Of a stretch of DNA of 64,000 bases, positions 46,701-54,215 are shown in pieces (within the stretch, counting starts at the first letter, position 1; the number at the start of each line of letters is the position of its first letter). A model generated the notes under the pieces. The model saw only the letters and a program-made list of their open reading frames with translations, was not told the DNA's origin and made no database searches. The stretch comes from a virus. The stretch lies in the IMG/VR virus record IMGVR_UViG_3300026518_000011, positions 1-64,000 of that record; one strand, written 5' to 3'. The translations under genes and the position numbers were made by a program.

Positions 46701-48992
46701 ATTCACAAAGGTTGGAATATTGTCAGCCGATACAATTAATTCGTATTGTGCTTTGCACGGGTAATGCTTTTGTCCACCCTTACCGTCTGGTAATAGTTTA
46801 TCTGCTGCATCCCGCCGTAAATATAACTTACTGAACACCCCGACCCGTATCATCATTCGCTGAACTTCTTCTAGCATTGGTTTATCTGATTGAGACAATC
46901 GTATAGAGAAGCCCTTATCAGCATTTCCCTGCACTGAGCCATCAGCGTCAAATAAACCAGAAATAAACCCTTTATGGAATTCTGAGGAAGTTTGAACGAT
47001 AGTCGGTGTTATTTCTTTTGTGACGATACCAAATTTATGCAATAATTCTTGAACCATTTTATTGGTCATACGATACTCACCGCGACCTTTAATATGAATC
47101 CATTCCCCGCCGACAATCTTAGACACTTTTTCCATTATTGCATCAGCACCATCATTGGAAAAATTGGTTTGGTCATCTCCGTGCCAAACACATATATGAC
47201 CTTTACCCGCTGAGATATACCCATCACCAAAAAGAAGTCCTAGGATGTAGCCCTCATCCTTAGAGCCAATCCCATCCCATTTGGCATCACTGTGATCATG
47301 TATTACAACTCTGTCATTTTTTTGCATATCTTTCATTGGAACCCATTCGATAGACTTCTTACCAATGGGCATGGTGGCAATAAGATGATCTGCGGTTGCA
47401 TCCACAGAGAACCCCTCTTTGGTGATCATGCGGTATACATCTTTGGTGCCAGTTTTGAAAAACCCTGCATCTGTTGTATCATAGGGGGTGCCGTCTACCA
47501 GCAAGGTAGTGGGTTTGCCGATAAGTTCAGCAACGAGCTTGGGACCATTGATGGTTTGAATGCATGAATAGTCTGGAACGCATGGATTACTCGCCGTTAA
47601 TGTATTTCCATAATTATATGAGTAGTATTCATTGGCTCGATCCAGAAACATGATACCAGGTTCTGCACGATTATAGGTGGATTTCATCATCAAATCCCAT
47701 AACCATAGCACTGATACGGTGTTGTGAACCACAACCGGATACCCCAATGATTTCCACTCCTTTAGATCACCCTTCCATGTGGTATCGTATTCTGGATGTG
47801 TTGTATCGGGGAATACCAAATCCCACTTTAGATCCTCACCAGTGGCTTTAGCCTTAATTACCAATTCCATAAATTCATCCGTGGCATTTACGGACATATT
47901 GAATTTAGTCAATCGTCCCGGAGTTTGCTTAGCTTGGATGAATTCAATAATGTCAGGATGGTGCACATCAAGGATGCTCATCATCGCACCCTTTCTGATT
48001 TTCTTTTTAGCCCTCGTAGTAGATGCTTTAACTCCACTACCAGATGTTACAATTTTGGAAGATACATCAAATAGCTCCATAAACGCTATCGATCCAGGAG
48101 AATCTACCCCCACCCCTTCAATAAAGGTGCCGCGCGGGCGCAGCGCAGAGAAATTGTGCCCCCAGCCGCCTTCACTTTTCAAGGTCTGTGCCTGATCAGT
48201 CAGTGTTTCATAAATCCCAGCAATCGAATCTGGTGAATTCTCGATATGGGGTGAGACAAAACAATTATGGACTACAATATTATTAATAACGTAACTCTCG
48301 TCCTCATCAACCGAGATATTATAAACAATTCCGTTAAAAAATTCTACAGATTTGGTAATATCTCCATCATACATACATTTTTTGACATCCAAATACATTA
48401 CACCATTATCATGATGTATACCATCAACATCATCTCCAATGGTATTGTGCCCGAATACCAATTTAGTATTATCTTCAGAATTTACCCAAGAACCATCTGG
48501 TTGATAAAATGGATGTTCTTGGGTCACTGTAATATCTACAGGCAAATGCGGTGACGAGTATCTATCGATATCGCAAGACACGTCTCGTTGCATTGTGTTA
48601 ACCACCGATTTGTAGCTACCAGTATGGGTCAACACCAGATCACCAACCCTGATGTCTTCGATGGGGACCAGTCCCTTATTCGTGGTTACTAGATTACCAG
48701 CAGGAAAACAATTTATTAAAGTTGTGCCCTCGAATTCAGTTCCCGCATTGGTATAAATACGCCCCCCTGTGGTAGCAGTAAAATTGGTCAGCATATTATA
48801 GAATCGATCATGCCAGAGGTCTTTTACCGATTCATCCTCAACCGAGGCGATTGCGCCAGCTACTCGATGAAAGGTATCATTGATATCATTATCGGTATGA
48901 TATTTATATGTAGATTCCCACACCTCCTCAGCAAATGGATTAGTAAATTGTGTTTTCGGCATATTTGTGAAGGTGGGGGTGCTGTCAGCCAT
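43704..48992 (-). CDS. nrdJ: class II (adenosylcobalamin-dependent) ribonucleotide reductase with three inteins (spliced ~847 aa)
   Basis: GGRI, HPDIIEFI..K, FN.SV, EPG..F.D, NP|CGEQ, C.LGSINL, RRIG.G, RN....QPTG.TS, KGITTYR (no class I Tyr-Tyr), C-terminal CxxC...CxxC...SKC. Confidence 0.92.
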   Translation of the reverse strand: MADSTPTFTNMPKTQFTNPFAEEVWESTYKYHTDNDINDTFHRVAGAIASVEDESVKDLWHDRFYNMLTNFTATTGGRIYTNAGTEFEGTTLINCFPAGNLVTTNKGLVPIEDIRVGDLVLTHTGSYKSVVNTMQRDVSCDIDRYSSPHLPVDITVTQEHPFYQPDGSWVNSEDNTKLVFGHNTIGDDVDGIHHDNGVMYLDVKKCMYDGDITKSVEFFNGIVYNISVDEDESYVINNIVVHNCFVSPHIENSPDSIAGIYETLTDQAQTLKSEGGWGHNFSALRPRGTFIEGVGVDSPGSIAFMELFDVSSKIVTSGSGVKASTTRAKKKIRKGAMMSILDVHHPDIIEFIQAKQTPGRLTKFNMSVNATDEFMELVIKAKATGEDLKWDLVFPDTTHPEYDTTWKGDLKEWKSLGYPVVVHNTVSVLWLWDLMMKSTYNRAEPGIMFLDRANEYYSYNYGNTLTASNPCVPDYSCIQTINGPKLVAELIGKPTTLLVDGTPYDTTDAGFFKTGTKDVYRMITKEGFSVDATADHLIATMPIGKKSIEWVPMKDMQKNDRVVIHDHSDAKWDGIGSKDEGYILGLLFGDGYISAGKGHICVWHGDDQTNFSNDGADAIMEKVSKIVGGEWIHIKGRGEYRMTNKMVQELLHKFGIVTKEITPTIVQTSSEFHKGFISGLFDADGSVQGNADKGFSIRLSQSDKPMLEEVQRMMIRVGVFSKLYLRRDAADKLLPDGKGGQKHYPCKAQYELIVSADNIPTFVNTIGFEDYEKQNKAVAILEQYTRGPYSKQKIATFEGMEHLGVMDVYDCQVPGINAFDSNGVMIHNCGEQLLPPGGSCDLGSINLTQFVNEDRTFNYDKFTTMVRTLVRFLDNVNSYTRLPLPEYEQYVREKRRIGCGIMGWASMLYMMKIKFASDEAAELRELIMKTYAHTCHEASIDLAEEKGMFIGCDPEKHANTQYIKMIGLSDEYMDKLRRVGIRNSALMSCQPTGNTSIFSNVVSGGIEPIFAQSYIRTVIVNETPDSIMSRTPKFWQGEMHETELFKWAKEGDEDILRGEHEGVVYKIDGNRGLTKEVPCIDYGVKWLMDRGEWDADATWAVTAMSLTPDDHVSDLKGFAKWIDSSLSKCVVAGTMINTNHGAIPIEDFSDGFEAPDTFIDPNREYYVCDENGDHQKVTSHYYGGVAECYEITMSNGQTIKCSENHKLKTDHGFMKPTELAVGSYVLFKAAAISVDEATMISMPSLDFSAYHTYNKVTVPTVMTESYATFLGMFAADGFTNVNSFGIVEKDESVGIIADSLMESLFGVKPAHSVDERTGVITHVIHSRPLVKYLNENFGKGCVGKIIPPQILASPHHIQRAYINGITLDGYLNPPTKLVLYEGYSQNIADGLATMVAGMGLPYYKGQKHVATGVLSDTAYSCAVYGNHPFVPLEAHKRVVCKDGVWPRYIDQSRVDEILANFGHGIQEITDRRSMRNSMKRDNFVRSNFLDKHDIPYDDTLYGVKVVSVSAIGPHEVYDIEVENTHTYLIDGLVSHNTVNLPHDFPFDQFEDVYLDAYKEKYIKGITTYRSGTMTSVLSEAPSEAGSDEEIIMDDVKLPDSSPATMKVLRAEGRKWYLTVLHNHDQTEPLALFVHTNAVEKTVQTSSAIDALLELARDKGIPDTHINNTVSKIASDSNSSKIARVVSLNLRHGVLIKNIVFELDKLDDIIVGSFLFQVKKFLSSYVKDGEVIDGAVCEICESTEIVFSEGCSKCTQCGSSKCS
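44385..45608 (-). mobile_element. intein 3 (408 aa) with a LAGLIDADG homing endonuclease, Thr +1
   Basis: SK|CVVAGTMI...LVSHN|TVNLP; FLGMFAADG and YINGITLDG motifs. Confidence 0.92.
46509..47582 (-). mobile_element. intein 2 (358 aa) with a LAGLIDADG homing endonuclease at the NPCGE thiyl-radical Cys
   Basis: NP|CVPDYS...VMIHN|CGEQ; ILGLLFGDG and FISGLFDADG motifs; TADH block B. Confidence 0.94.
48264..48710 (-). mobile_element. intein 1, mini-intein (149 aa, no endonuclease)
   Basis: TLIN|CFPAGNLV...TQEHPF...IVVHN|CFV. Confidence 0.92.
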
Positions 48993-49118
48993 AGGATATC
49001 CTAGATTATGAATAAGTTATTGCGTAATAGATAGCCACTAAAAGTTGGTCTTCAAGTGGTCGGTAGGACTATTTATGGTCATATTGTAATTTTTATAATG
49101 TTCTTGATTCGTCCATAT

Positions 49119-49150
49119 TATGTGGTGGATTTTAGACAACCCACCACATA
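49119..49150 (-). terminator. hairpin downstream of the DnaJ-like gene
   Basis: TATGTGGTGG/CCACCACATA. Confidence 0.55.
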
Positions 49151-49157
49151 TAGTTCA

Positions 49158-49961
49158 TTATGCATCTACAATAGTTTTGATGGCATCGGTCTGATCTGGT
49201 GTCAACTCTGGCACGATCAGAGACACTACAAGGTATGCATCCCCATTTGATCCATACCGCTGGGGCAACCCCTTATTCGGGAGTCTGATGGTTTGGCCTG
49301 ATCCGATACCATTGGGCAATGCTACTTTGACTTTACTCCCTGTTGGGAGATCAACATCCACCTTATTACCAAATAGTGAATCAAATGCATCCACCTCGAT
49401 ATGCATGTAAATGTCAGCACCATTTATCTGATACCCACTATCTTCGGCGTTTTCTGGATATATGCGGAGAATTAGGTTATCAATACCATCAAATCCGTGA
49501 TCTTCCTTAGGGATGATAATCTGCCCACCCACGGGTGTATTTGGGGGCACGTCGATTTTTACAATTTCCGTAGACATCATGAATCCCATGAATCCCATAC
49601 GGGTGTTCTGCACCTGCGGGACCTGAATGGGAACATTCATGGACCCGCCGTTGATCAATACGTCAATTGGGACCCCAACATTACCTGTGATATTCTGTGA
49701 CTGGGGCGGTCTAGCAGGACCTCTGTGACCAAATGGGTTATACCCACCAAATCCCTGTGGTTGTGGATTATCATATGCCGCTTTTTTGTCCGGTTCCTTT
49801 AAGGTGTCGTAGGCTTCATTTACTGCCTTAATCGCGTCTTCTGCGTTTTCTGTGTCCGCATTAATATCCGGGTGTAATTGCTTAACTTTACTGCGATATG
49901 CTTTTTTGATTTCAGCAGCAGTGGCGGTGCGATCAACACCAAGAGTTTCGTAATAATCCAC
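49158..49961 (-). CDS. DnaJ/CbpA-like co-chaperone (J-domain + C-terminal domain, no Zn finger)
   Basis: DYYETLGV...EIKKAYR...LHPD.N...NEAY..L; G/F linker; G..IRL..KGLP...GD.Y. Confidence 0.92.
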   Translation of the reverse strand: MDYYETLGVDRTATAAEIKKAYRSKVKQLHPDINADTENAEDAIKAVNEAYDTLKEPDKKAAYDNPQPQGFGGYNPFGHRGPARPPQSQNITGNVGVPIDVLINGGSMNVPIQVPQVQNTRMGFMGFMMSTEIVKIDVPPNTPVGGQIIIPKEDHGFDGIDNLILRIYPENAEDSGYQINGADIYMHIEVDAFDSLFGNKVDVDLPTGSKVKVALPNGIGSGQTIRLPNKGLPQRYGSNGDAYLVVSLIVPELTPDQTDAIKTIVDA

Positions 49962-50021
49962 AATACGATTCCTTATTTTTTGATTCAGTCATGGTTGATC
50001 TACGTGATATATCAATCGGTG

Positions 50022-51293
50022 TCAAGCCGATGAGTGACTATCCACATATGCACGGACGGTAGGAGTGGGGGTTTTGATCTCACCAATGGCTTCCCCATTT
50101 TGGGAAACTGCTGCTAATTGAACCTGCTCCGATGGGTTATCTATAAATTTAATGGCTTCCCCATTTTGGGAAACTGCTGCTAATTTAACCTTTTCGGATG
50201 GGGTCTTAATATATTTAATAGCATTTCCATTTTGGGAAACTGCGGCTAATTGAACCTTTTCGGATGGGGTCTTAATATCGTAAATAGCATATCCATATTG
50301 GGAAACTGCGGCTAATTGAACCTTTTCGGATGGATTTCTGATATAGGCAAGGGGCGCTCCATTTTGGGAAACGGCGGCTAATTGAACCTGCTCTGATGGA
50401 TTATCAATAAACTGGATGACATACCCATTTTGGGAAACTGCTGCTAATTTAACCTTTTCGGATGGGGTCTTAATATATTTAATGGCTTCCCCATTTTGGG
50501 AAACTGCGGCTAAATAGAATGCCTCAGATGGATTTGGTATAAATTGAATTAGCTCAATAAACCCACCCATAATCCATTTCTCAAAAGGTAATTTAGTGGA
50601 TGTCCACTTCGCGGCTTCAAATTCTTGATAATCATCCTGAGTGATTTTTTCATCTTGATCATTCAGAAATTGTGAAGATTCAACATGCAGTTGTAATTTC
50701 GTCCCATTATGAATAATAACGTATAATGGGCCTGTTTTAGAATAATGATCAAAATAATTTTCACTATCAGTAGCAGCCGTGCACCATCTGGTCCCCCTAC
50801 CCCAAAAAATTGATGCTTCCTCAGTTTCAGGAATCACAATCATCCCGTCTTGTCCCTGATAGACCATTTTAGATTGATTTAATATCTCTTGTTTATATGC
50901 TCGTTGTTGAGCTTTGCCACTTATTGGTTCATCGGCATCTTTAAATTCATCTACAAGTTGCTCTAATTGTGATAACGATTTGATCTGTCCAAGATCTTTG
51001 ATCGATAATTTAGATTTGAATTTATTGAATAGATTCAATGCCATTTGTAATCTACTGAAGTCTTCGTATCGACGAATTCCACCTTTTAGATATGTTCTGA
51101 TGATCCATAAAGTGTATGACTGATTACGAGATGGATCAACATTAATAGCGTGATTTATGAACCCCTTAATAGTGGTTTCATCAGGATCATTTTGAAACGA
51201 TGGGTCATCAGATAGGCGATCATGCAGGCGGTTTCCCAATTGTAGATACGTTTTATCTACATCTACTGCTTCTATCAAATCTAATAATCTCAT
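50022..51293 (-). CDS. probable head-packaged protein: N-terminal WCTA-motif domain + DUF4116-like 22-aa helical repeats
   Basis: N-terminal MRLLDLIEA; WGRGTRWCTAA...F..Y...GPLY motif; seven xxPSExxxLAAVSQ(N/Y)GxxxxxI repeats. Confidence 0.8.
   Translation of the reverse strand: MRLLDLIEAVDVDKTYLQLGNRLHDRLSDDPSFQNDPDETTIKGFINHAINVDPSRNQSYTLWIIRTYLKGGIRRYEDFSRLQMALNLFNKFKSKLSIKDLGQIKSLSQLEQLVDEFKDADEPISGKAQQRAYKQEILNQSKMVYQGQDGMIVIPETEEASIFWGRGTRWCTAATDSENYFDHYSKTGPLYVIIHNGTKLQLHVESSQFLNDQDEKITQDDYQEFEAAKWTSTKLPFEKWIMGGFIELIQFIPNPSEAFYLAAVSQNGEAIKYIKTPSEKVKLAAVSQNGYVIQFIDNPSEQVQLAAVSQNGAPLAYIRNPSEKVQLAAVSQYGYAIYDIKTPSEKVQLAAVSQNGNAIKYIKTPSEKVKLAAVSQNGEAIKFIDNPSEQVQLAAVSQNGEAIGEIKTPTPTVRAYVDSHSSA
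50076..50537 (-). repeat. 7 x 66-bp coding tandem repeat
   Basis: Recurrent ccattttgggaaactgc core at 66-bp period, in frame. Confidence 0.92.
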
Positions 51294-52010
51294 CTACTCT
51301 TCCCTATTGACCATACCCTGAGGGGAATGAACGCTTTGGGGGCGGATGGACCCTGCCCCTCGCTTCATAATATTCCCACCAATGCTCTGAAATCCGTAAC
51401 GCCCTAATAGATATACGATTTCTTCGGTCATATCAACTATCTGTATTGACAAATTTGCGGAGTTGTGGTCTGCTTCTGCTACTATCTGACTCAACATCGC
51501 TGATAATATCTGTCCACGATAGTTTTGATCAGCATCAGTATCGTACTCTAGGTTGTTAATAACCCCATCGATGACTTTAGCAAATCCAATGGAGTTATCA
51601 CGGTCATCTACTATCTCATATTCGTTAGATAGGGTGCCAGCAAATGGTCTGCGGATGGTCTCCACCACTTTACGAGGATTTATCCTAGGTGGCTTCCCAC
51701 GGGCACTGAGAGCCTTCACAGAGGCGATCACCTGCTTCTTGGGGGGCCTACGGGACAATTTGATTTCTCGGTCCTCTACAGGACCATTCTGGAGGGGCAT
51801 ATCATCCTCTGGGCCGAAGTGATCCAATGGTGCGAATGATGCAGACTCCTCAACATCAGCCTCTTTAGCCAATACTTTTTTATCCCGTCTAGCACCAATT
51901 CCTTGTGGTTCATCATAGGACTCCCACCCACCAACATACTTTTTAGGATCATCTGTGCCAGATGATTTCATTGTGGTGGGTGCAGCCGATTTTAGTTCAT
52001 GCAGTTTCAT
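51294..52010 (-). CDS. late protein, MKLHEL N-terminus, possible degenerate GNAT-like C-terminal domain
   Basis: TAAATA-N5-ATG at 52010; C-terminal YRGQI...YGF pattern weakly GNAT-like. Confidence 0.65.
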   Translation of the reverse strand: MKLHELKSAAPTTMKSSGTDDPKKYVGGWESYDEPQGIGARRDKKVLAKEADVEESASFAPLDHFGPEDDMPLQNGPVEDREIKLSRRPPKKQVIASVKALSARGKPPRINPRKVVETIRRPFAGTLSNEYEIVDDRDNSIGFAKVIDGVINNLEYDTDADQNYRGQILSAMLSQIVAEADHNSANLSIQIVDMTEEIVYLLGRYGFQSIGGNIMKRGAGSIRPQSVHSPQGMVNREE

Positions 52011-52026
52011 GCTAATATTTAGCACA

Positions 52027-52200
52027 TTACTTCACTGTGATTACACTCTCCAAGTCAGTAATGGCAGACGCAATCCACTTTCGTTGATCAACCTTCTGTG
52101 GATCACTACCACCTTTTGACTCGATTTCTTTAATCAGGTCATCCAACAGTTTCCAGTCGGCCTTGTATTCGTCAATAAGTGATTGCACTGTAATGGACAT
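52027..52200 (-). CDS. small hypothetical protein (57 aa, not in ORF track)
   Basis: AAGGAG RBS; MSITVQSLIDEYKADWKLL...VITVK. Confidence 0.65.
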   Translation of the reverse strand: MSITVQSLIDEYKADWKLLDDLIKEIESKGGSDPQKVDQRKWIASAITDLESVITVK

Positions 52201-52203
52201 AAA

Positions 52204-53553
52204 TTATATCTCCTTTAGATATACTGATTTCAATCGTTTAGGACTCTTAACGATCTTGCTATATTTAGTCAATGCAGATAATGCAGTTTTTAATTTTTGC
52301 TCTGCACCAACCTTGCCCTCTTTGGTAAACCTATACACTGGCAGATTAACAATCTTGTCAACAACACTCTTATCTAAGGATAATGATTTTGCCAATATTG
52401 ACTGCTCTACTCTATGGGTTAAATCTTTACGTGTTTCAATATCATTGATAGATTCGGCAACTGGTGGACTATCCCCCACTGGATCAAAGCATGATAGAAA
52501 ACATCGTTCATAATCGACTACTACATTCTCCTGTTGAATCATCCATTCATATCGCTGCACATACAAGGACAGTCGCCAATTAACAAAATCCGTAATCAAA
52601 TCTTGTGCACTGTGATATTTGATCACATGATCACCAGATGGACCCAATACTGTCAGATTTTCCGTTTCGCTAGTTATGATTTTGAACAGCACCAATAGCT
52701 TATCCCGTGTCATCCCCTCTAAATCCTTACGAGCGAATTTAACCATAATGTCAATACCGTCCGTACTATTATCAACAAACGATTTTATACCACCAGTTTG
52801 CTCCAATTCAATTAATCTGGCTACCACTGTAGACAATGACATACTTGGGGGAATTTCGGTGATCCTAACAGTAGTAGTGTTGACGATGTCTACAATACCA
52901 CGGATATAGTAACGATTAGGCTTGGAATGATCGGGTATGATTTCGCAACCGTTCATGGTATAATACGGCAATACCCTTGATGTAACCTCTCCGTCGGTCA
53001 ATACCTCGGATACTGCGGTTCTCAAGTCATCGATATTCCGTGGCAAGATATTGGTGGCAAACCCAACTGCAATACCTCGGATGCCGTTCAATAGCACCAA
53101 TGGCAATCTAGGCAGGAAGTTACGAGGCATTTGTTTTGATCCATCATAGTTATCACACATTGGACAGATATCGATATCAATATATAATTCCTGCTCTGCG
53201 AGTTTCGATCTTCGAATTTCCGTATAACGGGGTGCACCAATACCATCCACCGGAGACGTCCGTGTACCAAACGCTCCCTCACCCTGTAATAGTGGATAAT
53301 TGTTCAGATATGGTGCGGCCAATCGAGATAATGCGTCCCCCGCCGATGCGTCACCGTGTACATATAGCCCCGAACTCATCATATGTCCCACTACCCCAGC
53401 GGTTTTAACCGGCTTGACCTGATCCTTCATCAACCATAGGGCTATCCGTTGTGACTGCTTTAGGCCATCGGTGATGGAGGGTATTGCTCTACTCTCCATC
53501 ACATATGTTGAATATTCGTGTGATATGTTTAGGATATATTCACTTGTGGTCAT
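52204..53553 (-). CDS. type IIA topoisomerase DNA-cleavage subunit (T4 gp52 / GyrA-like)
   Basis: RAIP..DGLK.SQR, Y.HGD, G.FG, APRYTE catalytic Tyr, P..LLNG..GIA.GFATNI. Confidence 0.95.
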   Translation of the reverse strand: MTTSEYILNISHEYSTYVMESRAIPSITDGLKQSQRIALWLMKDQVKPVKTAGVVGHMMSSGLYVHGDASAGDALSRLAAPYLNNYPLLQGEGAFGTRTSPVDGIGAPRYTEIRRSKLAEQELYIDIDICPMCDNYDGSKQMPRNFLPRLPLVLLNGIRGIAVGFATNILPRNIDDLRTAVSEVLTDGEVTSRVLPYYTMNGCEIIPDHSKPNRYYIRGIVDIVNTTTVRITEIPPSMSLSTVVARLIELEQTGGIKSFVDNSTDGIDIMVKFARKDLEGMTRDKLLVLFKIITSETENLTVLGPSGDHVIKYHSAQDLITDFVNWRLSLYVQRYEWMIQQENVVVDYERCFLSCFDPVGDSPPVAESINDIETRKDLTHRVEQSILAKSLSLDKSVVDKIVNLPVYRFTKEGKVGAEQKLKTALSALTKYSKIVKSPKRLKSVYLKEI

Positions 53554-54182
53554 GCGTCAGCCAATGATGCTAGGATTTCATCTTCCACATCAGGGAAATG
53601 TTTACCAACGAATTGGATAACCTCCATGACCGAAAATGCCGCACCATCACCACGATACGCCCCCACCGGACTATCTGAATATCCCGGAAATAAAGGGATA
53701 TAGCCGTTTTTCCCAATCTTAGCACCGCTTGGTGTTGGAAAGAATACTCGCCGGATCGTAGTCTCGCCCATTACTTCGGATTCTGCCTGCTCTAGTGCAC
53801 ACCGGGTATATAACACCACAGCCCGTTGTTTAACCTCTAAGAGTGCTTCTGGGTCTTCAACACCCCGCTTTACCCCATACTTGGCTTTGCGTTCCCGTAG
53901 GGGCTGTATGGACTGCAACCAGTCCAGCAGAGTCATATCCCCGAGTTGGGTATAATCGAGGTTAATTCCCGAGGGCAGTTCCCCATGATTGTTATAAGCG
54001 GCCAGTTGGATTTCAAATGGGATGTCCGGCCCGCCCAGGTAGGCTTTGCTCAATCGGATATACTCATCCATGTCTGATTGGGACAGTGCGGCTTTATGGT
54101 CAACCGTGGACATACCCACATCAGCAGTGGGTGGAGTATCGGTGTCAGGGTATGTGATAACAGGGGATGCGGTAGTAGCCAT
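53550..54182 (-). CDS. hypothetical protein between the topoisomerase subunits
   Basis: AGGA RBS; ATGA overlap with the gp52-like gene. Confidence 0.7.
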   Translation of the reverse strand: MATTASPVITYPDTDTPPTADVGMSTVDHKAALSQSDMDEYIRLSKAYLGGPDIPFEIQLAAYNNHGELPSGINLDYTQLGDMTLLDWLQSIQPLRERKAKYGVKRGVEDPEALLEVKQRAVVLYTRCALEQAESEVMGETTIRRVFFPTPSGAKIGKNGYIPLFPGYSDSPVGAYRGDGAAFSVMEVIQFVGKHFPDVEDEILASLADA

Positions 54183-54215
54183 ATTATTGGTCCTATAGGG
54201 TTGAATTATTTATGA

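Noticed and set aside
43704-48992. Class I RNR alpha subunit (nrdA) or a cobalamin riboswitch upstream
   Set aside because: Lacks the class I Tyr-Tyr pair and has no adjacent nrdB. The short upstream region shows no B12-box that I can recognise.
50076-50537. Regular 66-bp repeats as a CRISPR array
   Set aside because: Repeats are in-frame coding units without unique spacers. The only Cas-like gene is a generic PD-(D/E)XK nuclease common in phages.
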